A DNA stretch of 64,000 nt from positions 232,857-296,856 of the forward strand of contig JAQTST010000001.1 in assembly GCA_028711165.1 (NCBI GenBank), written 5' to 3'. Origin of the DNA: Candidatus Nanoarchaeia archaeon. Its GTDB lineage: Archaea; Nanobdellota; Nanobdellia; Pacearchaeales; GW2011-AR1. The position numbers and the translations under genes were made by a program. How positions within the stretch are numbered: the first letter of the stretch is position 1; each line of letters starts with the position of its first letter. Below, piece by piece: positions 55,713 through 64,000 of the stretch. Below the pieces are notes generated by a model, which had not been told where the DNA came from, did not search any database, and saw nothing but the letters and a program-made list of their open reading frames with translations.

Positions 55713-56239
55713 TTCAAATCCTTTTGGTATTCCTTAATCCAATTTAATTCTCCAATTATCAGATATTGAGGTCTTCTTGCTAAAGCCCGAACATGTTTCT
55801 GAGAACTACAGCCTTGCAGATATTTTTCAAGCTCTTTGTAACAAGCCAGCATTTCATTAAGCCTCTTCTCATATTTTTTAAGGCATTCGATTGCTTCTTT
55901 TTTTGTCAACTGATCCAAATGAGAAGTTGCCAAGTCAATTCTTGATAATGTCTTCTCAGGTTCACTGATGAGTATTTTTATTTTCTCTTTCAGTTTCTTT
56001 TTACCGTCGCTGGTTAATGAATAAACTTTCTGAGAAATATTCTTTTGGGAAACTTTCATCTCACTTTTGATTAGTTTTTCTTTCTCGAGTTTTCTCAGTA
56101 ATTTGTAAACCGAAGACATAGATATCTCTGTCCAATCACGCATAGCCCTGTTTTTTATTTCCTGTTCGATTTTATATGCATGCATTGCTCCTTCTGAAAG
56201 AAGCCCTAAAAGTGCTGTTTCTTTATTTGATATTGTCAT
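55709..56239 (-). CDS. PadR-family transcriptional regulator
   Basis: LLGLLSEGAMHAYKIEQEI...SSVYKLLRKLEKEKLIKS winged helix typical of PadR. Confidence 0.7.
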   Translation of the reverse strand: MTISNKETALLGLLSEGAMHAYKIEQEIKNRAMRDWTEISMSSVYKLLRKLEKEKLIKSEMKVSQKNISQKVYSLTSDGKKKLKEKIKILISEPEKTLSRIDLATSHLDQLTKKEAIECLKKYEKRLNEMLACYKELEKYLQGCSSQKHVRALARRPQYLIIGELNWIKEYQKDLK

Positions 56240-56286
56240 ATTACTATATTGGAATAATATACTATATAAATCTTCTGATTATAAAA

Positions 56287-56961
56287 TTAGAAATCTCCGA
56301 TTATTGTTCCTTTAAACTTTTTGTGTTCAAGCAGTGCATTCAACTGCTTCATGTCTTTTCCTAAAATATAAGTTGTAATTTTTTCTTTCATAATTATCGT
56401 CGATGCTGTCTGGTCGAGGACAAAATGCTGTCCTGGTTTGAATTTTTCTTTTGTTGCCATCTTGTGAAAATCCTTCCAAGAAATTCTAGGAATAAATTTT
56501 GCATCTTTGTGTTTTTTCGGGTTCTTGTCGTGCAAACCAGCAACGTCGGTGAGATTGATAAAAATCGTTTTGAACTCTTTTGCAATCTGCGCTGAAGTTG
56601 AATCTGATGTTTGGTGGGGTTTGTATTCCAGCGCTCCGCAAAACACAACGTCGAATTTTTTTGCATATTTTTTTAATTCTTCCATCTTGTGGGGAATTCC
56701 TCTTTCCTGGTCCTGTTTAAAAAAATAAGACATGAAACGCGCATTCATTCTCGTCGCTGAAATGCCTGCAAAACTCTGGAAAAGTTCATTCATCCCAATT
56801 TCTCTCAGGGCTGAAATATATTTTCTTGCAATGCTCCCGCCTCCGCAGACAATAATAAATTTGTACCTTCTTGTATTTTCAAGAATTGTCTTTCTGAATT
56901 CTTTCAGATATTTCACGTCGATATTATCTGGAATTATCAGACTTCCCCCAAGACTTAAGAC
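56287..56961 (-). CDS. pyrH: UMP kinase (archaeal type)
   Basis: MKKEVIVLSLGGSLI and FIIVCGGGSIARKY amino-acid-kinase fold motifs. The upstream part of the long track ORF (to 57429) is antisense to dacZ and was excluded. Confidence 0.7.
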   Translation of the reverse strand, partial: VLSLGGSLIIPDNIDVKYLKEFRKTILENTRRYKFIIVCGGGSIARKYISALREIGMNELFQSFAGISATRMNARFMSYFFKQDQERGIPHKMEELKKYAKKFDVVFCGALEYKPHQTSDSTSAQIAKEFKTIFINLTDVAGLHDKNPKKHKDAKFIPRISWKDFHKMATKEKFKPGQHFVLDQTASTIIMKEKITTYILGKDMKQLNALLEHKKFKGTIIGDF

Positions 56962-57033
56962 TATCACTTCTTTTTTCATTTGCAATATTCTAATGAAGAC
57001 AAAATTTAAAAAGTTATTGAATACTGTTTTTAT

Positions 57034-57618
57034 ATGCCAGAAAAAAAAGTCAGCCTTGAAGAAGTACTCGTCCAAGTCGGATTGAGAATTGCCAAGCGCG
57101 GGGAAGGCGCACTTTTTGTCGTTGGAGATGTTCCTTATACTTCTCTTGTAAAACAAACTGTCCCGCCGTTCAATGTCATTGATAATCCTAAACTTCTTGA
57201 ATCTCTCGCACTTATAGACGGTGCTGTGATAATTGACAAAAATGGATTTTTGAAAGCTTACGGTGTTATGATAAAAAGCAAAAGGGTTTTGAAAGATCAC
57301 GGGACAAGGCATAGTGCAGCATTGACTGCCGCAACCGAGGGAAACTTTGTTGTTATAATTTCCGAAGAAGACAGAAAAGTAAAAATTTTGAAAGACGGAA
57401 AAATGGTTATGCAGCTTGATGCTCTGCAAAAAAATGTTGAGAAGACAGTGCCACGTATCGTCGGATTTCTTGAGGCTATCGGTGCAGGAACTGTCGGTGC
57501 TATCGGAACAAGCGTTTTAGCTCCAACCTTGGGAATTGCACTTTTGCCGGGAGTAATTGTATTTGGTTCTGCATATTACCTGGTAAAATTATTAGGAAAA
57601 AGATTTGGGGAAAGATAA
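57034..57618 (+). CDS. dacZ: Diadenylate cyclase (DAC/DisA_N domain) with C-terminal membrane segment, DacZ-like
   Basis: GEGALFVVGD, LIDGAVIIDKNG and DHGTRHSAALTAA follow the DAC signature (GALIV...GAIII...G.RH.AA). Hydrophobic C-terminus. Confidence 0.65.
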   Translation: MPEKKVSLEEVLVQVGLRIAKRGEGALFVVGDVPYTSLVKQTVPPFNVIDNPKLLESLALIDGAVIIDKNGFLKAYGVMIKSKRVLKDHGTRHSAALTAATEGNFVVIISEEDRKVKILKDGKMVMQLDALQKNVEKTVPRIVGFLEAIGAGTVGAIGTSVLAPTLGIALLPGVIVFGSAYYLVKLLGKRFGER

Positions 57619-57633
57619 TTTATTTTGTTTCCT

Positions 57634-57678
57634 CTACTCTCGCCCACCCACGACGGAAGAAAGTTGTTATCACCTCTT
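57634..57678. repeat. Partial family-A repeat fragment
   Basis: ctctcgcccacccacgacggaagaaagttgttatcacc versus ctctcgcccacccaatgcggaaaaaatttgtactcgcg at 49230. Confidence 0.5.
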
Positions 57679-57681
57679 TTT

Positions 57682-57981
57682 CTAAGAAAATATTAATTTC
57701 GGTGCTTCACTTGGAAAACTATTTAAAAAAATTTCAATTTCTTCTTTATGAGTAAATGGGTCATCTGTTACTATGCGAGTTTCTAAATAATGTTTCATTG
57801 CTTGGACAGGTGTTTCAAATCTTTGAACCCATTTTGAGTTCCAGCAATTTGGAGAATATTGTTGCCTTTCATGATATAATATATCTACTGCACTTTCTGA
57901 TTCTCTTGTAATTTTTCCTATTCCCATTGAACCAAGAAACCATCCATAAACTGCCCAAGGTTTTTCTATTTCATTCTCCAT
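57682..57981 (-). CDS. Hypothetical protein
   Basis: 99 aa, Trp-rich. Confidence 0.3.
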   Translation of the reverse strand: MENEIEKPWAVYGWFLGSMGIGKITRESESAVDILYHERQQYSPNCWNSKWVQRFETPVQAMKHYLETRIVTDDPFTHKEEIEIFLNSFPSEAPKLIFS

Positions 57982-58016
57982 CTTTTATTTTAATATTTGT
58001 ACCTTTTTAAGAATTA

Positions 58017-58298
58017 TTATTTCACAGTAAATAATTTGTCGTCGGTAACGTCGAAAATATCGAGACGAACTCCAGAATCAAGCCAGCCGTGAGCATAATT
58101 TAATGCAGCAAATGCATTCACAAAATCTCCTTTTTTTTCAAAATGTTTTGCATCGGAAAGATAATTAGAAACCATCTCGATTATTTCCTTAGCGTATTTT
58201 TCTCTTCCTTTGATTATATTTTTTTTAACTTCTTTAAGTGCCTCTGATGTCAGTGAAAAATATTTTTTCAGTTTTTCTTCTGTTATCCTGTCTTTCAT
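58017..58298 (-). CDS. Hypothetical small helical protein
   Basis: 93 aa (NAFAALNYAHGWLDSG). Confidence 0.3.
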   Translation of the reverse strand: MKDRITEEKLKKYFSLTSEALKEVKKNIIKGREKYAKEIIEMVSNYLSDAKHFEKKGDFVNAFAALNYAHGWLDSGVRLDIFDVTDDKLFTVK

Positions 58299-58328
58299 AA
58301 TTAGTTAGACTTTTCAATATTTATTAAA

Positions 58329-59024
58329 TTAACCGAATGAAACTCTTGGCGTCGCTGAAGCATATTGCGGTTTTCTCGATGCTGCCATTTTTCTTATAAT
58401 AAATCTTGAGCCTACAACTTCTGAAATAACTGCTGAAAGAATCAAATTACCGACGGCAACTCTGTAAACTCCTTCTTCAACCGGAATTTTTGAAGCGACT
58501 GAAAACGCGTTCATCACCCGGGTGATGTCTTCTTTATTTAGAATTATTCCTGTGGGTCTTGTCCCCATTGCTCCTGTGACAATAACTTTCTCGTCGGGAT
58601 TAACCTCAATTAATCTCACTGACGGGTCTTTTATCAGAGGATTTAATTTCCACAAATCAATTTCGACTCCTGCTGTGGGAATTGGTTTTAAATATTCAAG
58701 GTGTGCCGGAAGTTTTGACTCGGGGATTAACAGAGAAGGTTTTTGCACTTCCATCATTCTTATTATTCTCTTTCTTGTTGCGGGTTTTCTGAAAACTTTT
58801 TCCGGAAGAGAAATTTCAAATTCTGTTTTTATAATTCCTTCCGAGGGCAATTTCTTATATTCTGTTCTTATAATTTTTTTTCTCGGGGCAAATTTTCTCC
58901 TTTCTTTTATATCAATTATTCCCTGAAGTTTTCTCAACTCCATTTTTTCAGAGTGCTTGATTAATTCTTCTGTAAATTTAATTAGAAAAAATTTTTTGAA
59001 ATCTTCGGAAAATGTCTGGCTCAT
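58329..59024 (-). CDS. Hypothetical protein; C-terminal half resembles the N-terminal (non-ATPase) domain of secretion/pilus-assembly ATPases
   Basis: LIEVNPDEKVIVTGAMGTRPTGIILNKEDITRVMNAFSVASKIPVEEGVYRVAVGNLILSAVISEVVGSRFIIRK. No Walker motifs present. Confidence 0.3.
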   Translation of the reverse strand: MSQTFSEDFKKFFLIKFTEELIKHSEKMELRKLQGIIDIKERRKFAPRKKIIRTEYKKLPSEGIIKTEFEISLPEKVFRKPATRKRIIRMMEVQKPSLLIPESKLPAHLEYLKPIPTAGVEIDLWKLNPLIKDPSVRLIEVNPDEKVIVTGAMGTRPTGIILNKEDITRVMNAFSVASKIPVEEGVYRVAVGNLILSAVISEVVGSRFIIRKMAASRKPQYASATPRVSFG

Positions 59025-59578
59025 GCTTCCTGTACGAATTTTGTTTTAGGGGGTTCAGTTTGCGGTGACATTGGGGAAGTTCCCATATTTCTCATTTGCG
59101 GAGGAGGAATCATTCTTTGGGGCGGAGGCATTTGTCTTGGCTGCATTTGCATTTGCGGCTGCTGAATTTGCTGTGCCGGCATTATAATTACTTCCTGTTC
59201 CTCTGGCATACTCTTTTCATGAAGAAGAGCAATACCTTTTGCAATTACTTTATCATGTTCGAGAAGAGAATCAAGCTTCGCTAAAATTTTTTTGTCTTCT
59301 CCTGTTGAATATCCTTTTTCAGAGAGAGTCTTTGCAGAAATTTCAAATAATTCAAGAAGCTTTGAAATCTGGTCAGAGAGGCTGTCAAATTTTACTGCCA
59401 TGTTCGTCATAACTTTCTGAAGAGAGACAAAATTTTCAACGAGTATTTTTTCAACACCTGTCCCGCCTGTTTCTCTTTTTTTCGGAGGAGAATAAACTCT
59501 TTTTACAGTGACGTGAGTTTTTGGTTTGTCCTCTTTTATTATTGTCTCTGTTTTTACTACCTTCTTTTTTACAACCAT
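59021..59578 (-). CDS. Hypothetical protein with Pro/Gln/Met-rich low-complexity C-terminus
   Basis: ...QQIQQPQMQMQPRQMPPPQRMIPPPQMRNMG. Confidence 0.3.
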   Translation of the reverse strand: MVVKKKVVKTETIIKEDKPKTHVTVKRVYSPPKKRETGGTGVEKILVENFVSLQKVMTNMAVKFDSLSDQISKLLELFEISAKTLSEKGYSTGEDKKILAKLDSLLEHDKVIAKGIALLHEKSMPEEQEVIIMPAQQIQQPQMQMQPRQMPPPQRMIPPPQMRNMGTSPMSPQTEPPKTKFVQEA

Positions 59579-59617
59579 TGTAGAATAAGGTTTTATTTAT
59601 TTATAAAATTTTGTTAT

Positions 59618-62017
59618 TTAGAAAATATCCAAAACGCCTTTTTCCTCTTCATCGTCCTTTACAGGTGCAACTTCCTCTTCGTAAAATTCCTCTTCTTTTC
59701 CCTCGACGCCATTTATAATCGGAGCCTCTTTTTCCTTAGACTGATACTGCCTTGGCTCTTCTCCTCTTACTCTTTCAATTTCTGCAACATAATCTGAAAT
59801 TTCTTTTGCGACGTCGGCGTTTACACTTATGCTGTCAATTCCTTTTTCCACGAGGAACTTTACCATATCTTTTCTGCTTCCTGCCTGCCCGCAGATGCTT
59901 GTCTCGACGTTATTTCTCTTGCAGACTCTTATCACAAATTCAATCTGATACAAAACTGCAGGATGCATTTCGTTGTAAATATGCTGGACTTCTTCATTTC
60001 CCCTGTCAACAGCGAGGATATACTGCGTCAAATCATTTGTTCCGAAGGAGATAAACTCAATTCCCTCTTCACACAATTCTTTAATTATCTGAACTGCTGC
60101 CGGCGTTTCAATCATCACCCCGAGTTTCGCAGTTGAAAAATTAATTTCTTTCAGAATCTCTTTCACTTTCTGCACTTCTTCGACGGAAATTATCTGAGGC
60201 ATCATTATCCCGACTTTTTTTCCCGACGCTGCAACTCTTTTCATCGCGTTTAATTCTGCTTTCAAAATCTTCGGATTTTTTATTCCGTATCTTATTCCGT
60301 GCATTCCCAACATTGGATTGAGTTCAACTTTTGCAGACGCACCTTCGAGATTCTGGAATTCGTCGCTTCTTATATCAGAAGTTCTCACCCACATTTCGTC
60401 GAAGAACTTTGCAATTCCTGACAAGCCCTTGAAAATCACTTCTTCGTAATCTTCTATTTTTCCTTTGTTCAAAAAGTAATTTGGATGCTTTCCTGATTCG
60501 GCAATTATTCCCTCGATTCTCGTGAGCCCGATGTGCTTGATTCCTGTCAGTGAAGCTCTTTCTGCAAAAGTAGGCAAATCGACAATTAATTTTATTCTGG
60601 TTTTTGTTTTCGTGGTTACCGGGAGAATTTCTTTCTTTTTTGTTTCTGCGATTTTCCCTTTGTAAACCTGCCCTGAACTTCCGTCGACAGTGACTATGTC
60701 TCCGTCTTTTAATTTTTCTGTTGCATCGCGTGTTCCGACTACAGCAGGGATTCCCATTTCTCTTGAGACAATTGCAGCATGAGCAGTGAGCCCGCCCTCG
60801 TCAGTTATTATCGCGGCAGATTTCTGCATTGTAACAACCATGTCGGGATTTGTCATTATCGTAACTAAAATATCTCCTTCGACAATTTTGTTCAGGTCTG
60901 CCAAATCTTTTATTACCTTGACTTTTCCTGAGCCGATTCCCGGAGATGCTCCAAGCCCCGAGAGAATTACTTCTCCCTCGATTTCTTCTGTTTCTATTTT
61001 CTTTTCTCTTGTTGTAACTGCTCTTGTTTGAAGAATGTAAAGCTCTCCGTTCTCGACGGCAAATTCTATATCCTGAGGTTTTTTGTAATGCTCTTCAAGT
61101 TTTAGTGATATCTCTGCAAATTTTTTTATTTCATATTCTTTCAAAACCTGCTGATTTGATTTTTCTTCACTTAGTTTTACGAGTTTTTGCCCTCCGCCCG
61201 AATCTCTTGTTATTGCAACTTTCTTGTCAGAAATTTTTTTGTCGAGAATCTCCAAGTCAGAGGAAAGAATATATTTGTCAGGAGTTATTCTTCCTGAAAC
61301 AATTCCCTCTCCCAACCCGAAAACAGCCTCGATAATTATATTGTCTGTCTTATTTGTCGGGTCTTTTGAGAAAATTACTCCTGATTTTTCTGAGTCAATC
61401 ATTCTCTGCACTACGACGGAGAGACTGACTTTTATTTTTTCATAACCTTTTTTGTGACGGTAATATGTTGCTCTCGCGGTGAACAAAGATGCGAAACATT
61501 TTTTGATGCTCGTGATTAATTCTGTTTTTCCCTTGACGTTGAGAAAAGTCTCCTGCTGTCCTGCAAAACTTGCATCTGCCAAATCTTCTGCTGTCGCGCT
61601 TGAACGAACAGCGACGAAAATAGGCTCTGAATTTTTCAGCATTTCAAGAACTCCTTTTGCATTTTTTAAATTGTTTGTGTCAAGAAGTTCATACGCCTCG
61701 AAGATTTCTTCCTGCATTCCCTTTGGTAAATCTGCTTTGATAATCATCTCACGAATTTTTTTTGTCGCGTCTTCCAGCTCTTTTGTGTTTTCGTATTCTA
61801 TCTGCCCGAGGATTTCGTTCATCTTTTCCCTGAGCCCCGCTTTTTCTATAAAATAATCATATGCCTGTGCTGTGACGACGAATCCGGGCGGGACATTGAC
61901 TTTGAGGTTGTACATCTCACCAAGATTTGCTCCTTTTCCTCCTGCAACAGGACCGGAATTTTTATTGAGTTCAGAAAACCATTTTACGAAGTCTATCTTT
62001 TCCTCTTTTTCTTTCAT
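59618..62017 (-). CDS. ppsA: Phosphoenolpyruvate synthase (pyruvate, water dikinase)
   Basis: N-terminal ATP-grasp VAGGKGANLGEM; phospho-His domain GGLTAHAAIVSREMGIPAVVG; C-terminal PEP-utilising TIM barrel (GMMIETPAA, FISFGTNDLTQY). 799 aa fits PpsA rather than PPDK. Confidence 0.85.
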   Translation of the reverse strand: MKEKEEKIDFVKWFSELNKNSGPVAGGKGANLGEMYNLKVNVPPGFVVTAQAYDYFIEKAGLREKMNEILGQIEYENTKELEDATKKIREMIIKADLPKGMQEEIFEAYELLDTNNLKNAKGVLEMLKNSEPIFVAVRSSATAEDLADASFAGQQETFLNVKGKTELITSIKKCFASLFTARATYYRHKKGYEKIKVSLSVVVQRMIDSEKSGVIFSKDPTNKTDNIIIEAVFGLGEGIVSGRITPDKYILSSDLEILDKKISDKKVAITRDSGGGQKLVKLSEEKSNQQVLKEYEIKKFAEISLKLEEHYKKPQDIEFAVENGELYILQTRAVTTREKKIETEEIEGEVILSGLGASPGIGSGKVKVIKDLADLNKIVEGDILVTIMTNPDMVVTMQKSAAIITDEGGLTAHAAIVSREMGIPAVVGTRDATEKLKDGDIVTVDGSSGQVYKGKIAETKKKEILPVTTKTKTRIKLIVDLPTFAERASLTGIKHIGLTRIEGIIAESGKHPNYFLNKGKIEDYEEVIFKGLSGIAKFFDEMWVRTSDIRSDEFQNLEGASAKVELNPMLGMHGIRYGIKNPKILKAELNAMKRVAASGKKVGIMMPQIISVEEVQKVKEILKEINFSTAKLGVMIETPAAVQIIKELCEEGIEFISFGTNDLTQYILAVDRGNEEVQHIYNEMHPAVLYQIEFVIRVCKRNNVETSICGQAGSRKDMVKFLVEKGIDSISVNADVAKEISDYVAEIERVRGEEPRQYQSKEKEAPIINGVEGKEEEFYEEEVAPVKDDEEEKGVLDIF

Positions 62018-62068
62018 CAGGAAAAAAACAAAAACAAGTTAATAAATATTTTTATTCTACTAGAAGGA

Positions 62069-62263
62069 TTATTTCTTTTTTGTGCCGTCTTCGCTTATTG
62101 CACTGACAGGACATGATTCAAGCGCTTCCTTGACGCAGGGAATATCTTTCTGAGCCTTCACCATCGCTTTCCCGTCTTTTCCCATCGCGAAAACTTCGGA
62201 GCAGATTGTCGCACATAAACCGCATCCGATACAAGCATTCTTATCCACCACAATTCTCACCAT
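62069..62263 (-). CDS. Small 4Fe-4S ferredoxin
   Basis: CIGCGLCATICS...CPVSAI, 64 aa. Confidence 0.7.
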   Translation of the reverse strand: MVRIVVDKNACIGCGLCATICSEVFAMGKDGKAMVKAQKDIPCVKEALESCPVSAISEDGTKKK

Positions 62264-62314
62264 GCGCAGAATATAGAAGATTAAGTTTATAAATCTAATT
62301 TTTCTAAATAAAAT

Positions 62315-62872
62315 ATGGTAGACTCATTGGTATGGATAATCGGCGGAATTGCAGCTGCTGTTGTATTTGTATTCTTTTATTATTTTAATCGTTTTTCTGT
62401 TCTTGGAAACAGAATTGATAATTCTCTCAGCCAAATTGATGTTCAGCTGAAACGAAGAGCTGATTTGATTCCTAACCTGATTGAAACTGTCAAGGGTTAT
62501 GCTAAACACGAGAAATCTTTGATAAAAGAAGTTACTGACGCCAGAAAAGCTTTAGTCAGCGCGGAAAACCTCGTCGGTAAAGTCAAGGCAGATAAAGTTC
62601 TTGAAAATGCTTTAGGAAGATTGTTCGCAATTGCAGAAGCGTACCCTGATTTGAAAGCAAACACAAATTTCCTTGAATTGCAGAAAGAACTTGCAACTAC
62701 CGAGGACAAAGTCGCATACTCAAGACAATATTACAATGACAGCATACTTACTTACAACACTCTCTGCACAACAATGCCGGGAATGTTCTTTGCCAAGCTT
62801 TACGGCAGAAAATCAAGAGAATATCTTCAGATAGCTGAGTCAGAGAAAGAACCTGTTAAAGTTGAATTCTAA
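62315..62872 (+). CDS. lemA: LemA-family membrane protein
   Basis: N-terminal TM then QLKRRADLIPNLIETVKGYAKHEK...ENALGRLFAIAEAYPDLKAN...YYNDSILTYN, the characteristic LemA pattern. Confidence 0.7.
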   Translation: MVDSLVWIIGGIAAAVVFVFFYYFNRFSVLGNRIDNSLSQIDVQLKRRADLIPNLIETVKGYAKHEKSLIKEVTDARKALVSAENLVGKVKADKVLENALGRLFAIAEAYPDLKANTNFLELQKELATTEDKVAYSRQYYNDSILTYNTLCTTMPGMFFAKLYGRKSREYLQIAESEKEPVKVEF

Positions 62873-63121
62873 TTAATCGTAAACTCTACTTCTCTTATCA
62901 ATTTTTAAGACGTATAAAACTTTAATTTTTTCCTGAACATCGACGATAATTCTGTAATCTCCGACTCTTAACTTGTATCCTTTAATCTGTTCTAAATGCT
63001 TCAAATAGCGGAATGGTTCTTGTTTACATTCCTGCAATTTATTCCAAATTCTCTCTTTAATTGAATGCTCTAATTTATCCAAGAAGTCTAAAGCTCTTTT
63101 ATCAAATTGAATTTCATACAT
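62873..63121 (-). CDS. RelE/ParE-family toxin
   Basis: MYEIQFDKRALDFLDKL...GYKLRVGDYRIIVDVQEKIKVLYVLKIDKRSRVY; start set at the internal Met of the track ORF. Immediately downstream of and coupled to an antitoxin-like ORF. Confidence 0.55.
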   Translation of the reverse strand: MYEIQFDKRALDFLDKLEHSIKERIWNKLQECKQEPFRYLKHLEQIKGYKLRVGDYRIIVDVQEKIKVLYVLKIDKRSRVYD

Positions 63122-63122
63122 C

Positions 63123-63368
63123 TTACAAGCCGAGAATTTTCTTTGCCTCTGCTTCTGTGTAGAATTCCCCTTTCTTAATTCTTTCTCTTGCTTCTTTAAT
63201 TTCTTTGATTGTCTTTTGAGATAGTTTTGGTTCATTTTCGCATTTGGTTGCAATATAGATTAATTTTCTAATTAATTCATTGTAGCTCTCATTTTTGTAT
63301 TGCTTGAATTTATCAAGTTCTTCTTTTGTGCTAACATTTAGTCTTATTGTTGTTTCCATTTCATTCAA
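63123..63368 (-). CDS. Putative antitoxin partner of the RelE/ParE toxin
   Basis: 81-aa helical protein. Its stop lies 1 nt from the toxin start (typical type II toxin-antitoxin coupling). EAEAKKILGL C-terminus. Confidence 0.45.
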   Translation of the reverse strand: MNEMETTIRLNVSTKEELDKFKQYKNESYNELIRKLIYIATKCENEPKLSQKTIKEIKEARERIKKGEFYTEAEAKKILGL

Positions 63369-63485
63369 TCATTCAATCAAATCTTATTAGATTTGTATAT
63401 TTATGTATACAAAAGTATATTTAAATCTTTCTAAGTTGAATTCTAATTGCTAAATTGTTTTAAATCTTTGAACTTTTTTTAGTTT

Positions 63486-63962
63486 ATGGGATTTGATTTT
63501 GAATTTAAACTTCTTGATGATGAAAAGGAACTTAAACAATTAGAGAAACATCTGATTGAACAGCCATTTGATTATCCTCATTATGAAGATTGGGTTGAAA
63601 AGGCAATCAGTGAGATTGATTGGGGCTACAAGAAAACGATTCTTGCTTTCAGCGACGGCATTATTGTTGGCAATGGGATTTTTCAGCCGCATAAAACCCT
63701 CCCCAAAATTATGGAATTTAAAAACATGAGAATTCACCCCGCTTTGCAAGGGAGATATTTCGGTTTTTTTATTGCAAGACAAGTCGAGGCAGAATCAAAA
63801 GATTATGATGCGATTATTTGTGACACTCGTTCAGACAGATTAGATGTTTTGAATTTACTAAAACTTTGCGGGTACAGAGAAATTGCAAGAGCTCTGTTAT
63901 ATGATTCAAATACTGAAGATGTTGTCCTGCTTAAAAATCTAAACAAAAGTCTAACAGATTAA
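63486..63962 (+). CDS. GNAT-family acetyltransferase-like protein
   Basis: MRIHPALQGRYFGFFIARQVE in the position of GNAT motif A (R.hP.y.G.G.G..L). Confidence 0.4.
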   Translation: MGFDFEFKLLDDEKELKQLEKHLIEQPFDYPHYEDWVEKAISEIDWGYKKTILAFSDGIIVGNGIFQPHKTLPKIMEFKNMRIHPALQGRYFGFFIARQVEAESKDYDAIICDTRSDRLDVLNLLKLCGYREIARALLYDSNTEDVVLLKNLNKSLTD

Positions 63963-64000
63963 AATTTAAAAACTCTTTTTTCCTTTTCCTATCATGGTTG

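Noticed and set aside
56962-57429. N-terminal 156 codons of the 380-aa minus-strand ORF reported for the UMP kinase gene
   Set aside because: This stretch is the antisense of the DAC-domain gene (57034-57618) and has no kinase similarity. UMP kinase homology begins at the internal Met (MKKEVIVLSLGGS).

Overview
This is an AT-rich archaeal contig of about 30% GC. Its gene content is typical of a small-genome DPANN-type archaeon: densely packed informational genes, very few biosynthetic genes and many small membrane and secreted proteins.

Confidently recognised genes include:
- Translation: a class I aminoacyl-tRNA synthetase (ValRS-like), aRF1, PheRS alpha and beta subunits, MetAP2.
- Replication and repair: ScpB, RadB, topoisomerase IA, PolB, FEN-1, RFC large and small subunits, endonuclease III, a short UvrA.
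- Transcription: RpoL, TFS, an aMBF1-like protein.
- RNA modification: an NSUN RNA m5C methyltransferase and Trm5.
- Central metabolism: a PduL + acetate kinase pair, PEP synthase, UMP kinase and a small ferredoxin.
- Other: Cdc48, a GT2 glycosyltransferase, a DacZ-type diadenylate cyclase and a RelE/ParE toxin-antitoxin pair.

Four tRNA genes were found by eye. tRNA-Lys(CTT) has a 37-nt intron. tRNA-Glu(CTC) has a roughly 153-nt intron that appears to lie at the non-canonical position 38/39. tRNA-Gln(CTG) and tRNA-Thr(GGT) are uninterrupted.

The most unusual signal is a family of GC-rich, modular miniature repeats of about 45-115 bp. Their core reads roughly CGCTCGTCAATCCCGCCCACCC...GCGGAAAAATTTGTACTCGCGAAATT. 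At least 10 copies or fragments occur in this window. Three lie inside or across coding sequence with the reading frame kept open, in the way Rickettsia palindromic elements do. Several others sit immediately 3' of tRNA genes and are flanked by direct duplications of the tRNA 3' terminus, which looks like scars of site-specific integration.

A second, smaller repeat family (AAGAACCNAGGTTCCTAATACCTCC...CTTAATCTTCCC...AATTTGTG...CTGATTA) and several local partial duplications (gene 5' ends, tRNA 5' ends, the rpoL leader) point to very active small-scale recombination.

A seven-gene minus-strand cluster at 39.2-44.0 kb encodes only secreted, Cys-rich and membrane proteins. It is a candidate cell-surface or host-interaction module.

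No CRISPR array, rRNA gene, integrase or transposase was seen.
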